Below are positions 1 through 10,480 of a stretch of 56,838 bases of DNA, one piece after another (the stretch's first letter is position 1; each line of letters begins with the position of its first letter). The stretch comes from Pseudomonadota bacterium. GTDB taxonomy: Bacteria > Pseudomonadota > Gammaproteobacteria > GCA-002705445 > GCA-002716945. The position numbers were made by a program, and so were the translations under genes. The DNA lies in the NCBI GenBank assembly GCA_036163455.1, contig JAYZKL010000036.1:1-56838 (forward strand). Direction: 5' to 3'. Under the pieces are notes generated by a model that saw nothing but the letters and a program-made list of their open reading frames with translations, was not told where the DNA came from and did no database searches.

Positions 1-55
1 ATTTATAACAAAATATCATTGTTTCATGTCTATTGATTTTATATTATATCATTGA

Positions 56-652
56 ATGATAAAAATTTATAAATACATAATAACTTTCTTTTTCATCTTT
101 TCAGGGATAGCTCAGGCAACTGAAAAACCCGATATATTTCTTAAAAGATCTGTAGATGAAATTACTGTTTTTATCGAGCAAAATAGAGAAATGTTGAAAA
201 ATGATGAAGGTTATTTAAAAGAAAAAGTAAATGAACTTGTCATGCCTAAATTCAATATAGTGCTCATGTCGAAAATAATTCTTGGTAAAAAAAATTGGCA
301 GGCATCAACTGAAGCTGAAAGAACAGAATTTCAGGGGGTATTTAAAGACTTATTAATTAAAACTTACATGAGGTCACTTTTGGAATATGAGGGAGACAAA
401 ATAAATTTTTTGCCCTATAAGATAGGGAAAAAACCATCAGTAGCAAGAGTAAAATCAGTCTATGCAATGTCGTCTGGTGATGATATGCCTGTCGACTATA
501 GACTTAAATTAAACTCAGAGAATAAATGGAAGGTATTTGATGTAATTTTTGATGGAGTAAGTTTATTAAAAAATTATCGGGTTGATTTTCAAGAGCATAT
601 TAGAAACAAGGGCTTAAATTCGTTAATAACTGAACTGAAAGAGAAGACATAG
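56..652 (+). CDS. mlaC: MlaC/Ttg2D-family periplasmic phospholipid-binding protein
   Basis: Signal peptide ending AQA; VDYRL...WKVFDVIFDGVSLLKNYR C-terminal motif typical of MlaC; usual neighbour of murA. Confidence 0.88.
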   Translation: MIKIYKYIITFFFIFSGIAQATEKPDIFLKRSVDEITVFIEQNREMLKNDEGYLKEKVNELVMPKFNIVLMSKIILGKKNWQASTEAERTEFQGVFKDLLIKTYMRSLLEYEGDKINFLPYKIGKKPSVARVKSVYAMSSGDDMPVDYRLKLNSENKWKVFDVIFDGVSLLKNYRVDFQEHIRNKGLNSLITELKEKT

Positions 653-657
653 GATTC

Positions 658-3129
658 TCAACTAAAAGGCTTTATAGATATTATTAATTTTGGCAATAAG
701 GTAAGAACAGCAAGTAACGCGATAAACATTGCAAGTCCCGTTAATAGTCCAAAAATAATTGTTGGAATAAAATTTGAAAGAATTAAAATTGAAAAGCCAA
801 AAATAATCGTGATGCTTGTAAAGAAAATGGCTCTACCAATACTGTCATGGCACACAAAAACAGTTTTTTCATAATCCTTTAATTTTTCAAACTCTTCTCT
901 AAATCTATATATATAATGTATGCTGTTGTCTACAGCAATCCCTATGGTAATTGCTGCTATTGTAATCGTCATCATATCTAAAGGAAGATTAATTAAACCC
1001 ATTAACCCTAAAACAAATATTGCAGCCAATAGGTTGGGGATTATGCCAATTAAAGATAGTTTTAAAGAGCGAAAAAGGACCATGAACATTATACCAATTC
1101 CAAGCATTACAAAACCAAGAGACAAAATCTGGGAATTAAAAAGACTTTGCAGCATATTATTATACAAAACTAGAATTCCTGTTATTACAAAACTACCTTC
1201 AGAAAAACCAAGAGTATTTATCAGGTCATAATTAATTCTATTGATTAATTCCTTTCTTCTCAGGTCTTCTTTGGAATCTAATATCCGTAGATTAATTCGG
1301 GCCTGATTATCATCTATAGAAATGTACGGATTTACAGCAACATCCTTTACTGATTTCGGTGCGCGTTTATATAATAAGGCCATTTCTAAACTATCTAATT
1401 CTTTATTATCGTTCAATTCTTCAGCTACACGAAGAGTGGAAGCTAATGAAAGGACTTTTCCGACTTCTGGGAGATTATGAAGGTAATCATGAACCTTTTT
1501 TATTTTCTTAATCTTATCTGTTGTAAACCAGTTTGAACTAGAATCACTTTCTTCATCATCAAGCAAGTCTGCTTCAAATTCATCATCAATTAGATCTTCT
1601 TGTTTCGTATCTTCAAATTTTAAAACTATGTCTAACGGCGTAGTACCGCCAAGTCGATCATCAATTTGCTTCATCCCTTGATAAATTTCTGTATTTGATT
1701 TGAAATAATTTATAAAACTATTTTCCACCCTCAATTGCGTTATTCCAAAAATTGTTAAAAAGCCAATAAGAAATGTAATAAACAAGATTTGTTTCCCATT
1801 ATTTATTGTGTAGTAAGCAAGAATTGAAGTAAATTTAAAATTAGCAGAACTTTTTTCATTAACAGTCTGTTCTTTTTTTAACAAACAAAGCAGTGAAGGG
1901 AGCAGAAGAAAAGATGTCATGAATGTTACTGAAAGACCTAACACCATCATATATCCAAAATCTATGACAGGTTTAATATCGCTGAATGCTAATGATGTAA
2001 ATGCAACTATTGTTGTAAGCGCTGTATAAAAACAAGGACGAACCATTTTTGATACCATTTCTTGAACTAAATATAATTGTCCTTTTTCAGATTGTTTACA
2101 AAGCTGTCTGTATCTAACTATTAGATGTATATTCATGGAAAGTGTGAGAATAAGCATAAGCGAAATAAAATTTGATGAAATCACTGTTACCTTCCAGCCA
2201 AAGAAACCTAGCAGCCCAATCATAACAATTACAGCATAAGCGCAGCTTAACAAAGGTAAAATAATCCATTTAATTGTTCTAAAAATTATAAAAAGAGTAA
2301 TAACAATAAAAACAAAAACACCAAAACCAAAATTAATTAAATCACTTTTAACATATGAAATCATATCATCAGCTATCATTGGGACTCCCCCCAGCCTTAA
2401 GTCTAAGTTATGCCCATGTTCATAAGATTTTTTCACAGATCTGATATTTTCAAGCAAATTATGTAAAGCTAAATCATATTTTGTTTTAGCAGCTTCATAT
2501 TTTTTACGTGTTTCAGAAAGCATTACTTTTTCTTTGGCATCCATGCTTCCAAACATTTCTTTTTCAATTAATGCTGTTCTTTTTAAGATGAGTTCATCTA
2601 AATTTTTATTATTTTTTATATTAATTTGCAAGGCAGTCGTTCTAGCATCTTGACTTATAATTAAATCTTTATAAATTGGACTATTAAGCACTTCATCTCT
2701 AGCTTTTTCTTGATTAACGCTGGGTGAAAATATTGTAGGAACATCACTAATCATTTCAGTAAAAGATAAGTCAGAACTTTTAACAAGAGGAACATCAATT
2801 AAGCTAGTTATAGAATCAACTCCTTCTATTTCCATCAATTGATTCTTTAAGTTTGCTAATAAATTTAAATTATTTTCATCAAAAACCTCTCCAGAATTAG
2901 GAGTAAAAGTCATGACTAAAAAATCTTTGGTCTGATACCTACGCAGCATCTCTCTATATGTTTTTAAATCTCGATCATTTTCAAGAATTAAAGAGTCTGC
3001 TGAGGCATCCAGTTTGAAATTCGGGATTGATGTTGATAAAAATATGAGAATTACAGACAAGATGAGTAGAACAAGCTTTGGTTTATTCAAAACCCAATTG
3101 GAATATAAATGTGAGACTTCATTAATCAT
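658..3129 (-). CDS. MMPL/RND-superfamily membrane transporter (putative lipid exporter)
   Basis: 823 aa with two repeats of TM1 + large soluble loop + 5 TMs; GIAVDNSIH motif in second half; LDASADSL and GGTTPLD motifs. Confidence 0.85.
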   Translation of the reverse strand: MINEVSHLYSNWVLNKPKLVLLILSVILIFLSTSIPNFKLDASADSLILENDRDLKTYREMLRRYQTKDFLVMTFTPNSGEVFDENNLNLLANLKNQLMEIEGVDSITSLIDVPLVKSSDLSFTEMISDVPTIFSPSVNQEKARDEVLNSPIYKDLIISQDARTTALQINIKNNKNLDELILKRTALIEKEMFGSMDAKEKVMLSETRKKYEAAKTKYDLALHNLLENIRSVKKSYEHGHNLDLRLGGVPMIADDMISYVKSDLINFGFGVFVFIVITLFIIFRTIKWIILPLLSCAYAVIVMIGLLGFFGWKVTVISSNFISLMLILTLSMNIHLIVRYRQLCKQSEKGQLYLVQEMVSKMVRPCFYTALTTIVAFTSLAFSDIKPVIDFGYMMVLGLSVTFMTSFLLLPSLLCLLKKEQTVNEKSSANFKFTSILAYYTINNGKQILFITFLIGFLTIFGITQLRVENSFINYFKSNTEIYQGMKQIDDRLGGTTPLDIVLKFEDTKQEDLIDDEFEADLLDDEESDSSSNWFTTDKIKKIKKVHDYLHNLPEVGKVLSLASTLRVAEELNDNKELDSLEMALLYKRAPKSVKDVAVNPYISIDDNQARINLRILDSKEDLRRKELINRINYDLINTLGFSEGSFVITGILVLYNNMLQSLFNSQILSLGFVMLGIGIMFMVLFRSLKLSLIGIIPNLLAAIFVLGLMGLINLPLDMMTITIAAITIGIAVDNSIHYIYRFREEFEKLKDYEKTVFVCHDSIGRAIFFTSITIIFGFSILILSNFIPTIIFGLLTGLAMFIALLAVLTLLPKLIISIKPFS

Positions 3130-3188
3130 GGCATTATTCTTTATAAAACTTTAGAATATCCAAACAACAGAATATTTGGAAGAGAATA

Positions 3189-4448
3189 ATGGATAAATTA
3201 ATTATAAAAGGAAATAATCCTCTATCAGGAGAAGTATCGGTGTCTGGCGCTAAGAATGCGGTTCTTCCAATTCTTGCCGCATCTGTTATGCCAAAATCAG
3301 GTGTAAAGATATCAAATATTCCACACCTACATGATGTTACGACTACAATTGACTTACTTGGTCGTATGGGCGTGAGCATTATGATGGATGAAAAAATGGA
3401 TATTCATTTAGATCCTACCAAAATTACAAACTTTTTTGCCCCCTATGAATTGGTGAAAACGATGAGATCATCAATACTTGTTTTGGGGCCTCTGCTCACA
3501 AGATTTGGTGAAGCAAAAGTGTCTCTTCCTGGAGGATGTGCTATAGGGACGAGACCTGTCAATATGCATATCCAAGCTCTCAGAGACATGGGAGCTGATG
3601 TTGAAATAACAGATGGATATATAATTGCTAAATGCAAGAGATTAAAAGGAACTAAAATACAATTCCCTGAATCAAGCGTTACTGGAACGGAAAATATTAT
3701 CATGGCTGGGTGTCTTGCAGAAGGGACAACAAAAATTTTAAATGCCGCAAAAGAGCCAGAGGTTATTGATTTAAGTAATTTTCTAATAAAAATGGGAGCA
3801 AAAATTTCTGGGCATGGCACTGAAACAGTTGAAATTGAAGGAGTGAGTGAATTAAATGGTACTCATTACTCAGTTTTACCAGATAGAATAGAGACGGGAA
3901 CATTTCTTGTAGCGGGAGCGATTACAGGTGGAAAAATAAAAATAAAAAATACTGTTTCTGAACATGTAGGTGTTATCATCGAAAAACTTCGTGAGGCAGG
4001 TGCAAAAATTGATGTTACTCCTACAACAATTAATCTTGATATGAAAGGCAGAAGACCTAAACCAATTGATATAGAGACAGGCCCTTACCCAAAATTTCCT
4101 ACTGATATGCAGGCACAAATAACTGCGTTAAATTCAATTGCTTCAGGTAAGAGCCAAATAAAAGAAAATATTTTTGAAAATCGCTTTATGCATGTACAAG
4201 AAATGAATAGAATGGGAGCCAATATTATAGTGAAAAACAATTGTGCGCATGTTGTAGGCGTAGAGTCTTTAATAGGGGCGCCAGTTATGGCTACAGATTT
4301 GAGAGCATCAGCAAGTTTGATTTTAGCTGGCCTGATAGCATCAGGAACAACAGAAATAGGAAGAATTTATCACATTGATAGAGGTTATGACTGCATTGAG
4401 GAAAAGTTAAGGCAGTTAGGTGCAAAAATTAAAAGAGTACCGATGTAG
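3189..4448 (+). CDS. murA: UDP-N-acetylglucosamine 1-carboxyvinyltransferase
   Basis: [14 protein letters not shown] (active-site Cys), [16 protein letters not shown] motifs. Confidence 0.98.
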   Translation: MDKLIIKGNNPLSGEVSVSGAKNAVLPILAASVMPKSGVKISNIPHLHDVTTTIDLLGRMGVSIMMDEKMDIHLDPTKITNFFAPYELVKTMRSSILVLGPLLTRFGEAKVSLPGGCAIGTRPVNMHIQALRDMGADVEITDGYIIAKCKRLKGTKIQFPESSVTGTENIIMAGCLAEGTTKILNAAKEPEVIDLSNFLIKMGAKISGHGTETVEIEGVSELNGTHYSVLPDRIETGTFLVAGAITGGKIKIKNTVSEHVGVIIEKLREAGAKIDVTPTTINLDMKGRRPKPIDIETGPYPKFPTDMQAQITALNSIASGKSQIKENIFENRFMHVQEMNRMGANIIVKNNCAHVVGVESLIGAPVMATDLRASASLILAGLIASGTTEIGRIYHIDRGYDCIEEKLRQLGAKIKRVPM

Positions 4449-4465
4449 GTATATTTTATAGAATA

Positions 4466-5077
4466 ATGAGATTAGCTATTTCAAAAGGTCGAATTTTAGA
4501 GGATGCATTAACCATGCTGGAAAAATGTGGTGTGAAATGCAAAGGATCTCCATTGTCATCTAGAAAACTTATATTTTCCACAAATAAAAAAAACCTAGAA
4601 ATTATTGTTGTTCGAGCAAGTGATGTGCCACTTTATATAGAGTCAGGGAAAGTAGACTTAGGCATTGTTGGTAAAGATACTTTATTAGAAGCTAATAAAA
4701 ATAATCATTTTAGGCTGCTAGACTTAGAAATTGCCAACTGTAAATTGATAGTTGCAGCTAAGAATAAAATTAAACTTAAAAATAATATTAAGGTTGCATC
4801 TAAGTATCCGAATATAACTAAAAAATTTTTTCTTGAAAAAGGTTTTCAATGCTCTGTGATGAAACTCTATGGATCAATTGAACTTGCTGCAGTATTAAAT
4901 ATGGTTGATGCAATTGTAGATTTGGTTGAAACAGGCCGAACTCTTAAAGAGAATGGATTAAAAGAGATTGACCTAATTTGCAATATTAGTTCTGTTTTAA
5001 TAGTTAATAAAAGTTCATATAAAGTTAATAGAAATGAAGTAGATAATTTTGTAAATTTAATTAAAAGAGCGGGATAG
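4466..5077 (+). CDS. hisG: ATP phosphoribosyltransferase, short (HisZ-dependent) form
   Basis: KGR, GIVGKD, YGSIELA, IVDLVETGRTLKENGL motifs; 203 aa, no C-terminal regulatory domain. Confidence 0.95.
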   Translation: MRLAISKGRILEDALTMLEKCGVKCKGSPLSSRKLIFSTNKKNLEIIVVRASDVPLYIESGKVDLGIVGKDTLLEANKNNHFRLLDLEIANCKLIVAAKNKIKLKNNIKVASKYPNITKKFFLEKGFQCSVMKLYGSIELAAVLNMVDAIVDLVETGRTLKENGLKEIDLICNISSVLIVNKSSYKVNRNEVDNFVNLIKRAG

Positions 5078-5082
5078 TATAT

Positions 5083-6141
5083 ATGGGAAAGAAAAACTTA
5101 ACTGATGATTTAAAAATTTCATCCACAAAGGAACTTATAACACCTAAAGAGTTAATAAGTAAATTACCCATGTCTAAAACTGCTGTTGAAACAGTTGTAA
5201 GAGCCCGTAATGAAATCATTAATATTTTAGATGGAACAGATAAAAGACTGCTTTTAATTGTTGGACCTTGTTCAATTCATGATGTTGAGTCGGCAGCAGA
5301 CTATGCTGGGCGTCTTCTAAAGGTTAAAAAAGAAGTTGAAAAAAATATTTTAGTTGTTATGCGTGTTTATTTTGAGAAGCCTAGAACTGTTGTAGGATGG
5401 AAAGGATTGATCAATGATCCAGAACTTGACGGCAGTTTTCAAATTAATAAAGGTATAAAAATTGCGAGAAAATTGTTATTAGATTTTGCTGATATGGGTA
5501 TGCCTTCTGGACATGAATATCTAGATCTAATTAGTCCTCAATATATTTCTGATATCATTAGTTGGGGAGCAATAGGAGCAAGGACAACAGAAAGTCAAAG
5601 TCATAGAGAGCTCGCATCTGGCTTATCATGCCCAGTAGGGTTTAAGAATGGAACAGACGGTGGAATTCAAATTGCAATAGATGCTATAAAAGCTGCAAGT
5701 AGGCCACATAATTTCTTATCTGTTACAAAAGAAGGAAAATCAGCAATATTTTCAACTACTGGAAATAAAGATTGCCATATTATTCTCAGGGGAGGTGTTA
5801 AGGCAAACTATTCTGCTAAAGACATAGAACAAGTAGTTTCTACGCTCGAGAGCAACAATCTAAATTCGAATGTAATGATAGATGCAAGTCATGCAAATAG
5901 CCAAAAAGATCACACCAGGCAAAAAATAGTTATACATGATGTAGTTGATCAAATTTCTAATGGAAACAGAAATATAATAGGAGTAATGATAGAAAGTAAT
6001 TTAGTTGAAGGAAAGCAAGATGTTGGCAAAAGGTCAGATTTAAATTATGGCCAAAGTATAACCGATGCATGTATTGGATGGGAAGAAACTGAAGATCTAA
6101 TTATGTTATTAAATAATTCAATAGAAAAAAGCGGAAATTAA
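5083..6141 (+). CDS. aroG: 3-deoxy-7-phosphoheptulonate (DAHP) synthase, class I-alpha (AroF/G/H family)
   Basis: GPCSIHD, RVYFEKPRT, IGARTTESQ, GFKNGTDG, SITDACIGW motifs; the exact paralogue cannot be assigned. Confidence 0.93.
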   Translation: MGKKNLTDDLKISSTKELITPKELISKLPMSKTAVETVVRARNEIINILDGTDKRLLLIVGPCSIHDVESAADYAGRLLKVKKEVEKNILVVMRVYFEKPRTVVGWKGLINDPELDGSFQINKGIKIARKLLLDFADMGMPSGHEYLDLISPQYISDIISWGAIGARTTESQSHRELASGLSCPVGFKNGTDGGIQIAIDAIKAASRPHNFLSVTKEGKSAIFSTTGNKDCHIILRGGVKANYSAKDIEQVVSTLESNNLNSNVMIDASHANSQKDHTRQKIVIHDVVDQISNGNRNIIGVMIESNLVEGKQDVGKRSDLNYGQSITDACIGWEETEDLIMLLNNSIEKSGN

Positions 6142-6145
6142 TTGT

Positions 6146-7447
6146 ATGAGAATTAATATAGATATTTTAAATACAACAAAAAAAACTTTCTGGAATATTT
6201 TTTATAAGAAAATGGATTTAGTGAGAAATGTTAATCAGAAGACAGATGAACATGTAAAAAAAATTGTGGGTTTAGTAAAAAAAAATGGTGATAAGGCATT
6301 ATTAAAATTTATAAACAAATATGATGGATATAAAACGACACATATTAAAAGTGTACGTATATCAAAAAAAGAAATTTCTAATGCAAAAAAATTGGTTTCA
6401 AGAGAAGCATTAACAAATCTGAAAAAATCTATAAAAAGAATTTCCTCTTTCTCTAGAAAACAACTTTCTTCCAGTTGGGGTGAAAAAAAGCATGGCTCGT
6501 ACCTAGGTGAAAGAGTTACCCCTATAGATTCTGTTGGAATATATGTACCTGGTGGAAAAGCGTCATACCCATCAACTGTGATGATGAATGCAATTCCTGC
6601 AAAGATTGCTGGAGTAGATAAAATTATAATGACTTGCCCAATGGACAATATCAAAGAGCATAGTCTAGCAATTGTTGCTGCAGAATTGTGTGGAGTTGAT
6701 CAAATCTATAAGATTGGTGGAGCGCATGCCATAGCAGCATTAGCATATGGAACTAAAACTATACCAAAAGTTGATAAAATTGTTGGGCCTGGAAATATAT
6801 ATGTAACACTGGCAAAAAAAATGTTATTTGGTGAAGTTGGTATAGATAATATTGCTGGGCCATCTGAAGTTGTGATTATAGCTGATAGTACAGCGAATCC
6901 TGATTGGATAGCAATGGATTTGTTTTCTCAAGCAGAGCATGATGAGATGGCGCAAGCTATACTTCTTACACCAAGTTCAACGCTCATTAAATTGGTGGAA
7001 GAATCTATGAACAATTTAATTAATCTATTACCTAGAAAAAAAATTATTTTAAAGTCACTTAAAAATAGAGGTATGTTTATAAAAACAAAAAATTTAGATG
7101 AGGCTGCCCGTGTTGGTAATTCAATTGCACCTGAACATTTGGAAATTGTTTGTCAAAATAATGAAAAAGTTTTTAAAAAAATAAAGAATGCTGGCGCAAT
7201 TTTCTTAGGAGAATATAGCCCAGAAGTATTTGGAGATTACTGTGCAGGACCTAATCATGTATTACCAACATCTGGTTCAGCAAAGTTTTCATCACCATTA
7301 AGTGTTCATGATTTTCAAAAACGTACAAGTGTTATGAAAATTTCTAAAAAAACTGCAAAAGAGTTAAGTTTAATAGCATCATCTTTAGCAGAAGCTGAAG
7401 GGTTGCAAGCACATGCTATATCAGCACGTTTAAGAAAACAAAAATAA
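6146..7447 (+). CDS. hisD: Histidinol dehydrogenase
   Basis: GIYVPGGKASYPS, AGPSE, SQAEHD, APEHLE, GPNHVLPT motifs. Confidence 0.97.
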   Translation: MRINIDILNTTKKTFWNIFYKKMDLVRNVNQKTDEHVKKIVGLVKKNGDKALLKFINKYDGYKTTHIKSVRISKKEISNAKKLVSREALTNLKKSIKRISSFSRKQLSSSWGEKKHGSYLGERVTPIDSVGIYVPGGKASYPSTVMMNAIPAKIAGVDKIIMTCPMDNIKEHSLAIVAAELCGVDQIYKIGGAHAIAALAYGTKTIPKVDKIVGPGNIYVTLAKKMLFGEVGIDNIAGPSEVVIIADSTANPDWIAMDLFSQAEHDEMAQAILLTPSSTLIKLVEESMNNLINLLPRKKIILKSLKNRGMFIKTKNLDEAARVGNSIAPEHLEIVCQNNEKVFKKIKNAGAIFLGEYSPEVFGDYCAGPNHVLPTSGSAKFSSPLSVHDFQKRTSVMKISKKTAKELSLIASSLAEAEGLQAHAISARLRKQK

Positions 7448-7467
7448 CATAATTGTTGAGAATAATT

Positions 7468-8547
7468 CTATTTAATAGGCCTTTTGCTAACAACTAGAGA
7501 GAATTTTAAAACTTTTTCTTTTCTCTGAACTTGAAGTATTACAGTTTGTTCTGGTAAAAAATTTGCAACCATATTTTGTATATCCTTAATATCATAAACT
7601 TCAACATCATTAATTTTTCTTACGATGTCTCCAATTCTAATACCTGCTATATCAGCCGGACCATTTTTATAAATACTTTCAATTAAAACACCTCTACCAT
7701 TAAATTCGGGTACAGCAGTTAATCCAAGAAATCCACGTGTGACTTCTCCTTTTTCAATTATTTGTGTTAAAACATTTTTTACTATGTCGGTAGGAATTGC
7801 CCATCCAATACCATCTGACCCACCACCTGATTTTTTTGATGTTGATATTGCGGTGTTTATACCAATCATTTCACCTTTTGTATTTACGAGAGCTCCGCCA
7901 GAATTACCTGAATTAATTGCGGCATCTGTTTGAATAAAACGTTCATAGGTATTCAAGCCAACCCTATCCCTTCCAGTAGCAGAAATTATACCCATAGTTA
8001 CACTTTGACCAACACCTAATGGGTTTCCAATTGCTAAAACTACATCACCAATCTGTATTGAAGTGATTTTTCCAAAAGTAATTGGCTTTAGTGATGCATT
8101 TATTTTTAAAACAGCTAAATCTGTTTCAGGATCAATTCCAACTAATTCTGCAACATAATTTTTACCATCAAAGTCAACCACTGTAGCTGCAGTTGCAGAT
8201 TTTATTACATGGTAGTTAGTAACTACATGGCCACTGCCAGTGACTATAACACCCGAACCCTGTCCCTGTGCACGCTTAGGAGGTATTCTTAAAAGCTGAC
8301 CAGTTTCTGCATCATATATTAAAGTGTTACTTCTCTGAGGTAGATTTACTTGAGTATAGATAGTTACAACTGACTCTTTCACTTTATTGAAGGCATTTGA
8401 ATAAGATAGAGGGGCACTTGATGTCTTAACTTGATAAGATTCACCTTCAACAATTTCTACCCTAGTACTCAAAATACTTGGGCTAACAAAGTAGACAATA
8501 AGTGCTGTGATAACACCTACTACTATATAATTTAATTTCTCTCTCAT
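7468..8547 (-). CDS. degS: HtrA-family serine protease with one PDZ domain (DegS/AlgW-like)
   Basis: N-terminal TM anchor; TNYHV, DLAVLK and GNSGG triad motifs; single C-terminal PDZ. Confidence 0.8.
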   Translation of the reverse strand: MREKLNYIVVGVITALIVYFVSPSILSTRVEIVEGESYQVKTSSAPLSYSNAFNKVKESVVTIYTQVNLPQRSNTLIYDAETGQLLRIPPKRAQGQGSGVIVTGSGHVVTNYHVIKSATAATVVDFDGKNYVAELVGIDPETDLAVLKINASLKPITFGKITSIQIGDVVLAIGNPLGVGQSVTMGIISATGRDRVGLNTYERFIQTDAAINSGNSGGALVNTKGEMIGINTAISTSKKSGGGSDGIGWAIPTDIVKNVLTQIIEKGEVTRGFLGLTAVPEFNGRGVLIESIYKNGPADIAGIRIGDIVRKINDVEVYDIKDIQNMVANFLPEQTVILQVQRKEKVLKFSLVVSKRPIK

Positions 8548-8669
8548 AGATAGTTATTTTATAAAACTACACTTAAATAATACAATAAATAAATTAGTTT
8601 ACAGTTTTTATTATATATTTGAGTAACATTTTTTATTAATAATGTGCTATTATTAGCTGGGTACATCGG

Positions 8670-9263
8670 ATGACTGATTCAAAAAAATCTACTAATCGCA
8701 GAAAATTTTTATCAAACCTAACTATAGCTCTAGGTAGTGTCGGAACTATCTTTGGTTTAATTCCATTCTTTTCATCTATGTCGCCAAGCGAAAAAACAAA
8801 AATGGCTGGGGCGCCAGTAGAAGTAGATGTTTCAAATTTAAAGCCAGGCGCATTTAAAATTGTTGAATGGAGAGGCAAGCCAGTATGGGTAGTTAGAAGA
8901 ACACCAGAAATGTTAAGTAAGATAAAAGAAGAAGCTGATTATCTAAGCGATCCAACATCATTAGAAGATTTTCAGCCTTCTTACGCACAAAATAAATATC
9001 GTTCAATTAAGCCAGAGTATTTAGTTTTATTAGGGATTTGTACTCACCTGGGCTGTTCACCTTTATATAAACCCAATCAAAATACATCTGAATTTGGATT
9101 GAATTGGAAAGGTGGTTTTTTCTGCCCGTGTCATGGCTCGACATTTGATTTGTCTGGTCGTGTTTATAAAGGAGTTCCAGCTCCAACAAATTTGGAGGTA
9201 CCTCCTTATCGATTTATTTCTGAAACAAGAATTTTAATCGGAGAAGATGGAGAGAAGGTCTAA
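8670..9263 (+). CDS. petA: Ubiquinol-cytochrome c reductase Rieske Fe-S subunit
   Basis: Tat motif RRKFL; CTHLGC and CPCHGS Rieske boxes. Confidence 0.97.
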   Translation: MTDSKKSTNRRKFLSNLTIALGSVGTIFGLIPFFSSMSPSEKTKMAGAPVEVDVSNLKPGAFKIVEWRGKPVWVVRRTPEMLSKIKEEADYLSDPTSLEDFQPSYAQNKYRSIKPEYLVLLGICTHLGCSPLYKPNQNTSEFGLNWKGGFFCPCHGSTFDLSGRVYKGVPAPTNLEVPPYRFISETRILIGEDGEKV

Positions 9264-10480
9264 TGGGTAAATTTATGTCATGGATAGATGCAAGATTACC
9301 AGTGAGTGAATTTTTTAGAAATCACTTATCAAAATATTATGCCCCAAAGAATTTTAACTTTTTTTATTTTTTTGGAGCTTTAGCATTATTTGTATTTATT
9401 CTTCAGATTCTTACAGGAATTTTTCTTACAATAAACTATAAACCAGATGCTGAAAATGCTTTTGCTTCTGTAGAATATATAATGAGAGATGTTGAATGGG
9501 GTTGGTTAATCAGATATATGCATTCAACAGGGGCATCTTTCTTTTTTGTTATCATTTATCTTCATATGTTTCGTGCACTTCTATATGGTTCTTTTAAAAA
9601 ACCCAGAGAGCTCATTTGGATTTTTGGAATGCTCATATATGTTCTTCTAATGGCTGAAGCTTTCATGGGTTATTTATTACCTTGGGGCCAAATGTCTTAT
9701 TGGGGTGCGCAAGTAATTATTTCTCTTTTTGGTGCAATACCATATATAGGAGAAGGGCTTGCTTTATGGATTAGAGGAGATTATGTAGTATCCGATGTTA
9801 CCTTAAATAGATTTTTTGCATTTCATGTAATAGCTTTGCCTTTGCTACTTTTTGCTCTAATCTACCTTCACCTTGCGGCGCTACACACCGTTGGGTCAAA
9901 TAATCCCGATGGAATTGAGATTAAAGATAATTTAGATGAAAGTGGTAAACCTAAAGATGGTATACCTTTTCACCCATACTATACTGTAAAAGATATTTTT
10001 GGTTTATCAGTATTTTTAGTGATATTTACTTTTGTAGTATTCTTTTTACCAGAGTTTGGCGGTTATTTTCTTGAACGTGATAATTTTATTCCTGCCGATC
10101 CACTGAAGACTCCAGAACATATTCAACCGCTTTGGTATTTTACTCCATTCTATGCAATCCTACGTGCTATTCCTGATAAACTTGGGGGAGTTATAGCAAT
10201 GGGTATAGCTATACTTATTTTATTTGTATTGCCATGGTTAGATAGATGCCCTGTTAAATCAATAAGATTTAGGTCTAATTTATATAAAACAAATTTAGTT
10301 TTATTCATAATAAGTTTTATAGGACTTGGCTATATAGGAATGAACCCTCCTACGCCATTATTAACTTGGATTGGAAGACTCCTCACCCTAATTTATTTTG
10401 GATTTTTTGTGGTACTTTACTTCACTAGTAAAAATGAAATTACAGAAGAGGTCCCAGAAAGAGTAAGAATGGATGAATAA
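9263..10480 (+). CDS. petB: Cytochrome b
   Basis: RYMHSTGAS, GYLLPWGQMSYWGA, RFFAFH, HIQPLWYF motifs. Confidence 0.98.
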   Translation: MGKFMSWIDARLPVSEFFRNHLSKYYAPKNFNFFYFFGALALFVFILQILTGIFLTINYKPDAENAFASVEYIMRDVEWGWLIRYMHSTGASFFFVIIYLHMFRALLYGSFKKPRELIWIFGMLIYVLLMAEAFMGYLLPWGQMSYWGAQVIISLFGAIPYIGEGLALWIRGDYVVSDVTLNRFFAFHVIALPLLLFALIYLHLAALHTVGSNNPDGIEIKDNLDESGKPKDGIPFHPYYTVKDIFGLSVFLVIFTFVVFFLPEFGGYFLERDNFIPADPLKTPEHIQPLWYFTPFYAILRAIPDKLGGVIAMGIAILILFVLPWLDRCPVKSIRFRSNLYKTNLVLFIISFIGLGYIGMNPPTPLLTWIGRLLTLIYFGFFVVLYFTSKNEITEEVPERVRMDE

